Below are positions 1 through 8,627 of a stretch of DNA of 32,046 bases, piece by piece. The DNA is from Nitrososphaerota archaeon. GTDB lineage: Archaea > Thermoproteota > Nitrososphaeria_A > Caldarchaeales > Calditenuaceae. The stretch covers positions 1-32,046 of the forward strand of contig JAWBQR010000012.1 in NCBI GenBank assembly GCA_038845265.1. The letters are read 5' to 3'. A program made the position numbers and the translations under genes. The notes beneath the pieces were generated by a model, which was not told the origin of the DNA, made no database searches, and saw only the letters and a list, made by a program, of their open reading frames with translations. How positions within the stretch are numbered: position 1 is the first letter of the stretch; the number at the start of each line of letters is the position of its first letter.

Positions 1-956
1 CAGCATTAATTCACTCAATCAATACAATTCTACTCATCAATATTTTACGCTTACTCACCCGCAAGACTCCCTATATCTATGTCCGAATACCACTATTGCT
101 GACAATGCTATACATATTAAGGCCCCTACACAACTCTAAAATCATATACGAAGTTCACAACTTACCATACGAAATTCAGTCACAGGGCAAACTCAAAAAA
201 TTTTTCTTAAGAGCACTCAAAAATACATTTCTACTGCTCTGCATCTCTAGATATCTCGCAGAAGAAGTTAAAAGACAGGTCGGAGAGGACAGCAGATTAA
301 TCGTTCTACATGATGCTTTCCCAAACACATTATTTAACAAAATGGATGCAGATCCATTAAAGACTAGGCAGAGGGTTGGCCTGCCACTGGATAAGTACAT
401 AGTGGCTTACGTCGGTTCACTACAGAGCTGGAAAAAACCGGAATTCCTAATAGACGCTGCCTCACACCTCGACAGTGAAGACATCTTACTCCTCATTGTT
501 GGAGGCTCGCCTGAAGACTTGGAGAGGGTGAAGCAGTATGCCCAGCTGAGAAATATAAAGAACATAGAGTTCAAAGGGTTCGTCGAGCCTCACATGACCC
601 CTGACTACATGTTCGCCGCAGACCTGCTCGTCCACTACACACCCTCAAAAGACCAACTACTCAAATCATACTCACCAATAAAGATCTTCGAGTACATGGC
701 GGCTGGAAAACCAATCCTTGCACCCAGACAGCCATGGATAGAAGAAGTACTGAGAGACGGAGAGACAGCGCTACTATTCGATGAAAACGACCCAAGAGAC
801 CTAGCAGAGAAAATAAAAAGAATAAAACAAGACAAAGAACTAGCAGCAAAGATAGCCAGGAACGCAAAACAAGAATCACAGAACTACACATACGAGAAAA
901 GAGCGGAAAAACTTATTCAAATAATCCACGCATTAAACTCAAAGGGCAAGTTTTAA
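1..956 (+). CDS. Glycosyltransferase family 4 (GT-B, RfaB-like), 5'-truncated by the window edge
   Basis: The frame is open from position 3 (ALIHSINT...) into the ORF called at 96. GT4 motifs: IIYEVHN, YVGSLQSWKKPE, FKGFV, SPIKIFEYMAAGKPILA, EVLRDGETALLFD. Confidence 0.9.
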   Translation, partial: ALIHSINTILLINILRLLTRKTPYIYVRIPLLLTMLYILRPLHNSKIIYEVHNLPYEIQSQGKLKKFFLRALKNTFLLLCISRYLAEEVKRQVGEDSRLIVLHDAFPNTLFNKMDADPLKTRQRVGLPLDKYIVAYVGSLQSWKKPEFLIDAASHLDSEDILLLIVGGSPEDLERVKQYAQLRNIKNIEFKGFVEPHMTPDYMFAADLLVHYTPSKDQLLKSYSPIKIFEYMAAGKPILAPRQPWIEEVLRDGETALLFDENDPRDLAEKIKRIKQDKELAAKIARNAKQESQNYTYEKRAEKLIQIIHALNSKGKF

Positions 957-1826
957 ATCCCATAGAACCACTAAAGTTTTATTTTTGTGAGATATCATGT
1001 TGCGGGGCTCGCCTAGCCCCATCTTTAGAGCGTCAAGCATATCGTGTACTTTTCCCGGCTTGTCGTGTAGCTCTACTATGACCTGCTCCACACCCAATTC
1101 CCTCAACTTAATTATCTCGTCGATGATGAAGTATTCGCAACCCTCACAGTCAATCTTCACTACCTGTGGATTATGCTTCCTGACAAGCTCCACGAGGCTT
1201 AAAACAGGGACATTCAGCCACGCGATTTCATCACTTCTAACCTCCTTAATCCCATAACTTCCACTACCTATCAATTCTTTTAGATATGGAGCCTTACAAC
1301 CAACCGCGGCATTAATCCCTACCACCGGCAGCCCCTGCGTATTCAACTTTAAAACCTCAAAATGTTCGGGAACAGGCTCTACAGCAATAACCTTTACGGC
1401 ACCCCTAGAAAGGAAGTAAAGAACAGTATCGCCAGTATATGCACCTATGTCTAATACCACTTTACCGCTTACATCAACCGGATACTCTGCGGCAATCTCA
1501 GAGCTTGGCCATACCATACGTTTCATGAAGAAATGGAACGGTATCCGGTACGTGAACTCAAACAATGAAAATACAATAAAGCCATCTACATGCTTTATTA
1601 GTGGGGCCGTCTGACCGGCCATCAACCACTTATTTTCATACCTTACAATTTTTTTGAGGAGCCCCCTGGCATTCCAAACAACCGCGCCACCACCCCTAAG
1701 CACAGCCCTACAAGGCTGCCTAAACAGAGAACATAAAACGACTAAATACCAATTCCTAAAATGCTTTCTCGCAACACGTAACGCATAAGCCCAAGAATCA
1801 AATTTACCAAGAATGATTTTAATCAT
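939..1826 (-). CDS. FkbM family SAM-dependent methyltransferase
   Basis: VVLDIGAYTGD (motif I), VIAVEP, INAAVG, VKIDCEGCE and VIVELH match the FkbM pattern. It is convergent with the GT4 gene, overlapping it by 18 nt. Confidence 0.88.
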   Translation of the reverse strand: MIKIILGKFDSWAYALRVARKHFRNWYLVVLCSLFRQPCRAVLRGGGAVVWNARGLLKKIVRYENKWLMAGQTAPLIKHVDGFIVFSLFEFTYRIPFHFFMKRMVWPSSEIAAEYPVDVSGKVVLDIGAYTGDTVLYFLSRGAVKVIAVEPVPEHFEVLKLNTQGLPVVGINAAVGCKAPYLKELIGSGSYGIKEVRSDEIAWLNVPVLSLVELVRKHNPQVVKIDCEGCEYFIIDEIIKLRELGVEQVIVELHDKPGKVHDMLDALKMGLGEPRNMISHKNKTLVVLWDLKLAL

Positions 1827-1980
1827 TCATAGTGAACAAGACAGAAGACTATTTATGATTTATTTTATGGCCGATTAATTCCCCATAAACCCACTTCAAT
1901 ACAGAACATACTGCCATGAGCAAGAAAAATACATAGATTGCTCATGTTGCTTCCCATACTTACCTGAGCCTACAAGCGCC

Positions 1981-2010
1981 TTATATAGAAGCGTTACAAT
2001 AATTGTAACG
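1981..2010 (+). promoter_or_regulatory. TATA box plus palindromic operator of the MNT-HEPN operon
   Basis: TTATATA at 1981-1987, then the perfect inverted repeat CGTTACAAT-A-ATTGTAACG (1992-2010), ending 1 nt before ATG 2012. Confidence 0.7.
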
Positions 2011-2011
2011 A

Positions 2012-2761
2012 ATGGCTAGGTGGCTCTCACAAAGACTCGGAACGCTCTACGCAGAGATATACCAAAGATTCGGCCCAGAGACATTTACATCAAGCGACGT
2101 CGCTGAAATAATGGGAAAAAAAGGAGCCGCAAGAACCGCTTTATTAAGAATGAGGAAAGCAGGCGCAGTCTACGTCCATGAAAAGAAAACGAGGAAATGG
2201 CTTTACAGACTCGCAGATCCTGAGACATATCTACTAAGCATAGCTGGAATAATAAGAAACCTCGAAAAAATACCACAACAGAGATATAGCAGACTAATAG
2301 GAATCTTCAGCACAGAAGTCATAAAAAGAAATATTGGTATAAAGAGCATCGTGCTCTTCGGATCCGTGGCCAGGGGCAATGCTAGGCAGGACAGTGACGT
2401 AGACCTACTCATACTCTCAGACGCATTCAAATCACTCGGAGAAGCAGTAGACAAGCTCGTAGATATAGAATACTCCCCGAGAGTAGTACAAGAAATAGAA
2501 TGGCTAGAGAATAACGGAGTATCAACCCACTTATCATTCCACCCAGTAAGTAGCCATACACTTCAGATGCACCCGCCGATAATTCTCGACATAATCGATG
2601 AGGGAATACCCATAATTGACGATGGAACTTATAGGATAGAAGCCAAAAAAATAAAGGCAAGGATGAATGAGCTAGGAGCAAAAAGAATATGGCTAACAAG
2701 AGATGAATGGGTCTGGATACTAAAACCAGACGCAAAGATTGGAGAAGTGATAGAGATATGA
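2012..2761 (+). CDS. Minimal nucleotidyltransferase (MNT) antitoxin with N-terminal winged-HTH domain
   Basis: SIVLFGSVARG...DSDVDLLI (GS-x10-DxD polymerase beta-like NTase motif). The N-terminal ~70 aa (FTSSDVAEIMG...ARTALLRMRKAGAV...WLYRL) look like a wHTH. Confidence 0.88.
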   Translation: MARWLSQRLGTLYAEIYQRFGPETFTSSDVAEIMGKKGAARTALLRMRKAGAVYVHEKKTRKWLYRLADPETYLLSIAGIIRNLEKIPQQRYSRLIGIFSTEVIKRNIGIKSIVLFGSVARGNARQDSDVDLLILSDAFKSLGEAVDKLVDIEYSPRVVQEIEWLENNGVSTHLSFHPVSSHTLQMHPPIILDIIDEGIPIIDDGTYRIEAKKIKARMNELGAKRIWLTRDEWVWILKPDAKIGEVIEI

Positions 2762-3180
2762 GGAACACCGAAGCCGCAAAATCTCTTCTAAACCAATCAA
2801 TCAGAAGAATAGAAACGGCAGAAAGAGAACTAAGAGGGGGAAGCCTGGCCTACTCTATTCGTAGTTCGCAAGAAGCCGTCGAGCTGGGACTAAAGGCAGC
2901 CCTGAGACTCCTCGGAATAGAGTACCCAAAAAAGCACGACGTCGGCCCAGTCTTAATAAAATTCAGGGACAGATTTCCTCAATGGTTCCCTGTAGAGAGG
3001 CTCGCAAAGATCTCGAGAAAACTAGCAGAGAAACGAGAGCCTGCCATGTATGGTGATGAACTCTCGATGACTCCGGCAGACCTCCTCTTCGATAAGTCCG
3101 AGGCAGAAGAGTCGCTTGAGATGGCCAAAGAAACCTACAATACCGTAAAGAAGCTATTCTCAGAATATGCAGAGTATTAA
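2758..3180 (+). CDS. HEPN domain protein (toxin partner of MNT)
   Basis: SQEAVELGLKAAL...YPKKHDV and REPAMY motifs. The likely start is ATG 2758, overlapping the MNT stop (ATGA), rather than 2707. Confidence 0.88.
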   Translation: MRNTEAAKSLLNQSIRRIETAERELRGGSLAYSIRSSQEAVELGLKAALRLLGIEYPKKHDVGPVLIKFRDRFPQWFPVERLAKISRKLAEKREPAMYGDELSMTPADLLFDKSEAEESLEMAKETYNTVKKLFSEYAEY

Positions 3181-3199
3181 ATTATGTCTGAGCTAAGGC

Positions 3200-4591
3200 T
3201 CAGCCTACCGCGCCGGTCATTTCTAGTTCTATTAGTCTGTTAAACTCTACTGCGTACTCCATTGGGAGGGTCTTAGTGAAGCCATCTAGGAATCCTAGTA
3301 CAATCATGTTTAGGGCTTCTTGCTCAGGTATACCTCTGCTCATCAAGTAGAAGAGTTGGTCCTCTCCTATCTTGCCCACAGTCGCTTCATGCGTAATCGT
3401 CGCGTCATCCTCATTCACATTGTTGTATGGATAAGTATCTGTCCTAGAGAGGTCGTCAAGAATGAGTGCGTCGCATCTTACACTCGACTTTACGCCCTTT
3501 GCGCCACGAGCGACATGCAGGAGACCCCTATAAGTTGTCCGCCCACCATCCTTACATATCGACTTAGAAGTAATCCTACTAGTAGTCTCAGGTGCTAGAT
3601 GGATGGCCTTCGCTCCAGTGTCTTGATGCTGCCCGCGGCCAGCGAAGGCAACTGACAATACCTCAGCCCTCGCACCCCTTCCCAAGAGATAGACCGACGG
3701 ATACTTCATAGTTACCTTGCTGCCGATATTTCCGTCAACCCACTCAACCGTGGCCTCCTCATATGCAAATGCCCTCTTCGTCACCAAGTTATAAACATCC
3801 GTACTCCAGTTCTGAAGAGTCGTGTACCTGACATATGCGCCCTTCATCGCTATTATCTCAACTACTGCGGCATGCAGACTCTCAGTGCTATATATCGGTG
3901 CAGTGCACCCCTCAATGTAATGAACCTTGCTGTATGGCTCTGCAATGATTAGCGTCCTCTCAAACTGGCCGATATTCGAAGCATTTATCCTGAAATATGC
4001 CTGTAGAGGAAACTCAATCTCGACACCGTTCGGTACATAGATGAAGCTCCCACCACTCCAGACCGCGCTGTTTAGGGCGGCAAATTTATTATCATTTGGG
4101 GGAACCACGGTCCCGAAATACTTCTTAACAATCTCAGGATATTCTCGAAGCCCAGTATCCATATCGACAAAAATTACACCTAGACTCTCAAGTTCTTTAC
4201 GAATGTTGTGATAGACCACTTCTGAGTCGTACTGTGCGCCGACCCCCGCCAAGAATCTCCTCTCTGCCTCTGGGATTCCGAGCCTATCAAAAGTCTTCTT
4301 AATATTTTCTGGAACTTCATCCCAACTCTTAGATTTTTTATCTGTAGGACTCATGTAATACCTAATCTTATCGAAATCCAATCTAGAGATGTCGGCACCC
4401 CAGCTCGGTAGCGGTTTCTCCCTAAATATCCTGTAGGCATTTAGTCGAAATCTCCTCATCCATTCAGGCTCATTCTTTACTCTTGAGATCTCTTCTACTA
4501 CTTCTTCTGAGAGTCCCGGACTGGTGACGTGACTATACTCGATATTGTCCCTGAAGTTATACTTGGAATATTCAAATACAAATTCTGTCAA
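3200..4591 (-). CDS. sufB: Fe-S cluster assembly scaffold SufB
   Basis: [73 protein letters not shown] start. Confidence 0.97.
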   Translation of the reverse strand: MTEFVFEYSKYNFRDNIEYSHVTSPGLSEEVVEEISRVKNEPEWMRRFRLNAYRIFREKPLPSWGADISRLDFDKIRYYMSPTDKKSKSWDEVPENIKKTFDRLGIPEAERRFLAGVGAQYDSEVVYHNIRKELESLGVIFVDMDTGLREYPEIVKKYFGTVVPPNDNKFAALNSAVWSGGSFIYVPNGVEIEFPLQAYFRINASNIGQFERTLIIAEPYSKVHYIEGCTAPIYSTESLHAAVVEIIAMKGAYVRYTTLQNWSTDVYNLVTKRAFAYEEATVEWVDGNIGSKVTMKYPSVYLLGRGARAEVLSVAFAGRGQHQDTGAKAIHLAPETTSRITSKSICKDGGRTTYRGLLHVARGAKGVKSSVRCDALILDDLSRTDTYPYNNVNEDDATITHEATVGKIGEDQLFYLMSRGIPEQEALNMIVLGFLDGFTKTLPMEYAVEFNRLIELEMTGAVG

Positions 4592-4599
4592 CTTTTCTC

Positions 4600-4629
4600 T
4601 ATAACATTGTTATACTCCCAGTATTTAAA
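4600..4629 (-). promoter_or_regulatory. sufB promoter (TATA) with palindromic operator
   Basis: TTTAAATA on the minus strand at 4622-4629. The perfect inverted repeat TATAACA-T-TGTTATA (4600-4614) lies between the TATA box and the start codon. Confidence 0.55.
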
Positions 4630-4757
4630 CACTCAGCACTAACAAAAGAAAAAGCAATATCAATTCCAAACGTATAAAAGAAAATTCCTTTATGAGACTC
4701 ATCAATGCTACTACAGACGTCTTAGCATAGTAATTTTATTGTATAAATGAAATCACT

Positions 4758-7583
4758 ATGAATAAACCTAAAAATACCATGAGCACGAATATTGACTGGA
4801 GAGTAATCTTGGGTAGCCTAGAGCGGATGTTCAATCCGAAGGTTGTTGCGCTTATAGGCGCAACAGATAAAGAAGGAAGCGTTGGATTGGCACTTCTAAA
4901 AAACTTACTTAAAAATAACGGCGATAGAGAGATCTATCCCGTTAATCCGAATAGAGAAAGCGTATTAGGGATAAAGTGTTATCCATCCATTAAAGATGTC
5001 CCAGAACACGTCGATCTAGCCGTAATAGCTACTCCCGCCAAAACAGTGCCGAAGATCGTCGAGGAATGCGGGGAAGCAGGCGTAGAAGGAGTAGTGATAG
5101 TCTCGGCAGGATTCAGAGAGACAGGAGAGGAAGGCAGAAAACTTGAAGAAGAAATTAAGAGAATTAAGGAGAGGTACGGACTGAGAGTTCTCGGTCCTAA
5201 CTGTTTAGGCTTCATCAGGCCGCCCATAGGTCTAAACTCAACATTTCTGCTGAAAGACCCAGAGCCGGGACAGATCGCCTTCATTTCTCAAAGCGGAGCC
5301 CTTGGGTCAGCAATCCTAGATTGGGCAGTCAGCGCCCACATCGGTTTCAGCATGTTCATATCACTAGGCTCGATGGTCGACATTGATTTTGGAGACCTGA
5401 TAGACTTCCTTGGACAAGACCCCTATACCAGAAGCATTTTGATCTATATGGAGAGCGTAGGTAACGCGAAAAAATTCATGAGCGCTGCCAGGGGCTTCGC
5501 CAGAAATAAGCCAATAATCGTCTTAAAGCCTGGAAAACACCAGACTGGGGCAAGGGCAGCACTTTCTCATACAGGCTCGATGGCCGGCAGCTTCGAAGTC
5601 TATCGAGCTGCGTTCAGAAGAGTGGGAGTTGTAAGAGTGGACGAGATTGAGGATCTATTCAACTGTGCAAGTGTCCTCGACTCTAGAAATCTGCCTGCAG
5701 GTCCTAGACTGGCAGTGATAACAAATGCAGGTGGGCCAGGAGTCATAGCTGCAGACGCAATTGCTGAAAATGGAGGCGTATTAGCTCAGCTATCGGAAAC
5801 AACCATCGAGACTCTGAACTCGGTGCTTCCACCCTATTGGAGCCGAGGAAATCCAGTCGATGTACTAGGAGACGCCGACATCAATAGATATTTAATAGCG
5901 CTAAAGACATGTTTAGCTGACCCAAACGTAGATGGAGTCATCATAATTTATACTCCGCAAGGAGCTGCAAGACCTTTAGAACTTGCCGAAGAAGTCGTGG
6001 AGATAGTTAGGGAAAGCATGCGGGCTAAGCCCGTCCTAACCGTATGGATGGGTGGTGACGAAGTTCAAGAGGCTAGACAGTTATTCCATAAAAATGATAT
6101 ACCCACATATGATACTCCTGAGGACGCAGTGAAGACCTACATATACATGTATAAGTATAAGAGAAATCTGGAGCTTCTCTACGAGACCCCGGTAGATCTT
6201 CCAATAGACCCTGCACCGCCGAAAAACTTTCTGAAGATTCTGATAAGGAGAATTCTAAGTGAAGGGCGGGTCGTCTTGACTCCTGATGAGAGTGATAAAT
6301 TCCTCGATGCCTATGGAATACCAAGACCTAAAGGAGAACTTGCGACAAACCTCAGCGAGGCACTTTCAATTGCTTCGAAGATTGGCTATCCAGTAGCGCT
6401 GAAAATTGTCTCACCGGATATTATCCATAAGACGGACATTGGAGGCGTAATTATTGACATTAATTCTGATAGCGAATTAAGAGCAGCATACCTAAAACTC
6501 ATTGATACAGTTAAGTCAAAAGCTCCAGACGCAAAAATTAAGGGAGTATATGTCCAGCAGATGATAAGATCTTCAAACTACGAGCTGATATTGGGCTCAA
6601 AAAAAGACCCAGACTTCGGGACGGCTATAATGTTTGGAACAGGCGGAATTGCGACAGAAGTGTTCAGAGACTTTTCCATAGGACTGCCTCCTCTTAACCA
6701 AGTACTTGCACGAAGACTGATGGAGGAGACCAAAATATATAACTCGCTGGTACATGGAATGAGAGGAAAGCCACCTGCAGACATAAAGAAACTTGAAGAA
6801 ATAATAGTAAGATTCTCAAACCTTATTGTCGATTTCCCTGAGATCAAGGAGGCCGATATAAATCCATTGAGTGTTACCGATGATTCGATATATGCAATTG
6901 ATTTTAGAATTATCCTTGACCCTGAAGGCGTTGACTCACCTGAGCCGTATCGTCACTTAGTCATCACACCATACCCAACGAAATATGTAACACTATGGAG
7001 ACTTAAAGACGGCAGAGAGGTATTGCTACGACCAATCAGGCCAGAAGACGAGCCGCTTGAATATGAACTCATAAAGGGCTTATCAGAAGAAACAAGCAGG
7101 TTCAGATTCTTCCAAGTTATAAGAGAAGTCACCCACGAAATGCTTGTTAGATTTTGTAATATTGATTACGACCGAGAGATGGCCATAATTGCCGAGTACA
7201 ATAAGGATGGAAAGAAAAGAAACGTCGGTGTCGGCAGATTAATCATCGAGCCTGATAGGAAGAGGGGCGAGTTTGCTGTACTGGTCGCGGATGATTTCCA
7301 AGGGAAAGGACTTGGCACGAAATTAACAGATATGCTAATTGAGATAGCACTTGAAAAGGGGCTACACTCGATCTATGGAATAGTTTTACCTGAAAACACC
7401 AAGATGATTGGACTCTGCAAGAAGCTAGGCTTCGACATCAAATATCGTACAGATGAGGTCTATGTAGAACTGAAGCTTAAGCCTGAAAGAATAGTCATGG
7501 AGGAAAAAGGAGAAAAACCAACAACGATACCAGAGATATTCACAAAAGAGAAAGTAGTTGAAAAAGAGGAAATCAGTCAATAG
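4758..7583 (+). CDS. Acyl-CoA synthetase (NDP-forming) alpha/beta fused to C-terminal GNAT (Pat/PatZ-type protein lysine acetyltransferase)
   Basis: CoA-binding domain (VALIGAT, YPVNP, GPNCLG), SQSGA, SHTGSMAG, TNAGGPG, NPVDVLGDA, ATP-grasp (GYPVALK, HKTDIGGV, DINPL) and GNAT (LRPIRPEDE, DYDREMA, FQGKGLGT). Confidence 0.93.
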   Translation: MNKPKNTMSTNIDWRVILGSLERMFNPKVVALIGATDKEGSVGLALLKNLLKNNGDREIYPVNPNRESVLGIKCYPSIKDVPEHVDLAVIATPAKTVPKIVEECGEAGVEGVVIVSAGFRETGEEGRKLEEEIKRIKERYGLRVLGPNCLGFIRPPIGLNSTFLLKDPEPGQIAFISQSGALGSAILDWAVSAHIGFSMFISLGSMVDIDFGDLIDFLGQDPYTRSILIYMESVGNAKKFMSAARGFARNKPIIVLKPGKHQTGARAALSHTGSMAGSFEVYRAAFRRVGVVRVDEIEDLFNCASVLDSRNLPAGPRLAVITNAGGPGVIAADAIAENGGVLAQLSETTIETLNSVLPPYWSRGNPVDVLGDADINRYLIALKTCLADPNVDGVIIIYTPQGAARPLELAEEVVEIVRESMRAKPVLTVWMGGDEVQEARQLFHKNDIPTYDTPEDAVKTYIYMYKYKRNLELLYETPVDLPIDPAPPKNFLKILIRRILSEGRVVLTPDESDKFLDAYGIPRPKGELATNLSEALSIASKIGYPVALKIVSPDIIHKTDIGGVIIDINSDSELRAAYLKLIDTVKSKAPDAKIKGVYVQQMIRSSNYELILGSKKDPDFGTAIMFGTGGIATEVFRDFSIGLPPLNQVLARRLMEETKIYNSLVHGMRGKPPADIKKLEEIIVRFSNLIVDFPEIKEADINPLSVTDDSIYAIDFRIILDPEGVDSPEPYRHLVITPYPTKYVTLWRLKDGREVLLRPIRPEDEPLEYELIKGLSEETSRFRFFQVIREVTHEMLVRFCNIDYDREMAIIAEYNKDGKKRNVGVGRLIIEPDRKRGEFAVLVADDFQGKGLGTKLTDMLIEIALEKGLHSIYGIVLPENTKMIGLCKKLGFDIKYRTDEVYVELKLKPERIVMEEKGEKPTTIPEIFTKEKVVEKEEISQ

Positions 7584-7763
7584 ATTTACTCATGTAATAA
7601 GTAGCTTATATAATAAGATGAAACATATTGTTCTGACAAAATTTTTATGAATTTTGTCATTTTAACTATATTTATCCAATATAGTCGTATATACGTGTAA
7701 AGCTGCTTACAAACAATAATTATAACATGTTTATAATTGTGGACAATTAGTTTATCATCGGTG

Positions 7764-8261
7764 ATGAAAATGGCAGTATTGGGAGTAAGCAAAGAGATAG
7801 AAAAAGAAGCGGAAAAGACAAGACAGAACATCCTAGTAGTGATTAGTGAAGGAGAAGATTCTAGAAAGGTCTTTGATGCTGCAGTACAAATGGTGAAGGA
7901 AACCGGCGGCAAAATTATATTGGCTGCATTAATAGACAAGAATATAAAACCACCTTTCGAATTCAATAAATTCGTTGCCAATGAAAGAATAAACGCAGAA
8001 CCAGCATATGTCTACAAGATGATGTATGGAGAACAGCTCTTGAGGCCCTTCGAGGAAGTTCTTATAAAAGAGGGAATCGAGTACGAGAAGATAATTGAGC
8101 CTGAGAATACAATGAAGAGGATAGCATCGCTTGCCGAGTATGTAAGCCCTGCAAGAATAGTTATAGGACTAAACGAGCTGCGAAAAACAACAAAGGGAAT
8201 ATTCAGAAGTCAGAGAAAATTCATGGAAAAGATATCCTGCCCACTAACGATCATACCATAA
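7764..8261 (+). CDS. Universal stress protein (UspA-like)
   Basis: NILVVISEGEDSRKVFDAAVQMVK...IILA and C-terminal KISCPLTIIP fit the Usp fold. The start is probably ATG 7764 or 7770, not TTG 7737. Confidence 0.72.
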   Translation: MKMAVLGVSKEIEKEAEKTRQNILVVISEGEDSRKVFDAAVQMVKETGGKIILAALIDKNIKPPFEFNKFVANERINAEPAYVYKMMYGEQLLRPFEEVLIKEGIEYEKIIEPENTMKRIASLAEYVSPARIVIGLNELRKTTKGIFRSQRKFMEKISCPLTIIP

Positions 8262-8397
8262 AAGACGCCAGAAGCCTCATTAGCCAAAACTTTATTCAAC
8301 GAAAATATACTATTTTTTTATCTGATTTATGGGTTTTAAAGATAAATAATCCTATGCAATATTAATTTATGTCCGGCGGTCGGGACTGGCCAGTACT

Positions 8398-8471
8398 GCC
8401 GGCGTAGCTCAACCTGGCAGAGCGCGGGGCTCATAATCCCGTCGTTGTGGGTTCAAATCCCACCGCCGGCA
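8398..8471 (+). tRNA. tRNA-Met(CAT), elongator type, intron-less, CCA not encoded
   Basis: Acceptor stem GCCGGCG/CGCCGGC-A, anticodon arm CGGGG-CTCATAA-TCCCG, T arm GTGGG-TTCAAAT-CCCAC. The GCC start argues against initiator (AGC...) or Ile2 (GGGCC...). Confidence 0.93.
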
Positions 8472-8627
8472 TTCATTTAAATAAAATGAATGAAATACTT
8501 CATGAAAGGGGCTTTAGAGTGGTTTGAAAAATTCATTTTACGTATTCTATATAGTTTATAATTTTATATTCATATTATTGACCTCAAATATATATTATCC
8601 ACTTCTCATATTTGTGCCGAAGAAGGA

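Noticed and set aside
7586-7981. 131-aa minus-strand ORF
   Set aside because: Antisense shadow of the Usp gene extended through AT-rich intergenic DNA, with no recognisable features.
8398-8471. Initiator tRNA, tRNA-Ile2, or a split/permuted tRNA
   Set aside because: G1-C72 with a GCC start fits elongator Met, the cloverleaf is complete and contiguous, and no bulge-helix-bulge junction was evident.
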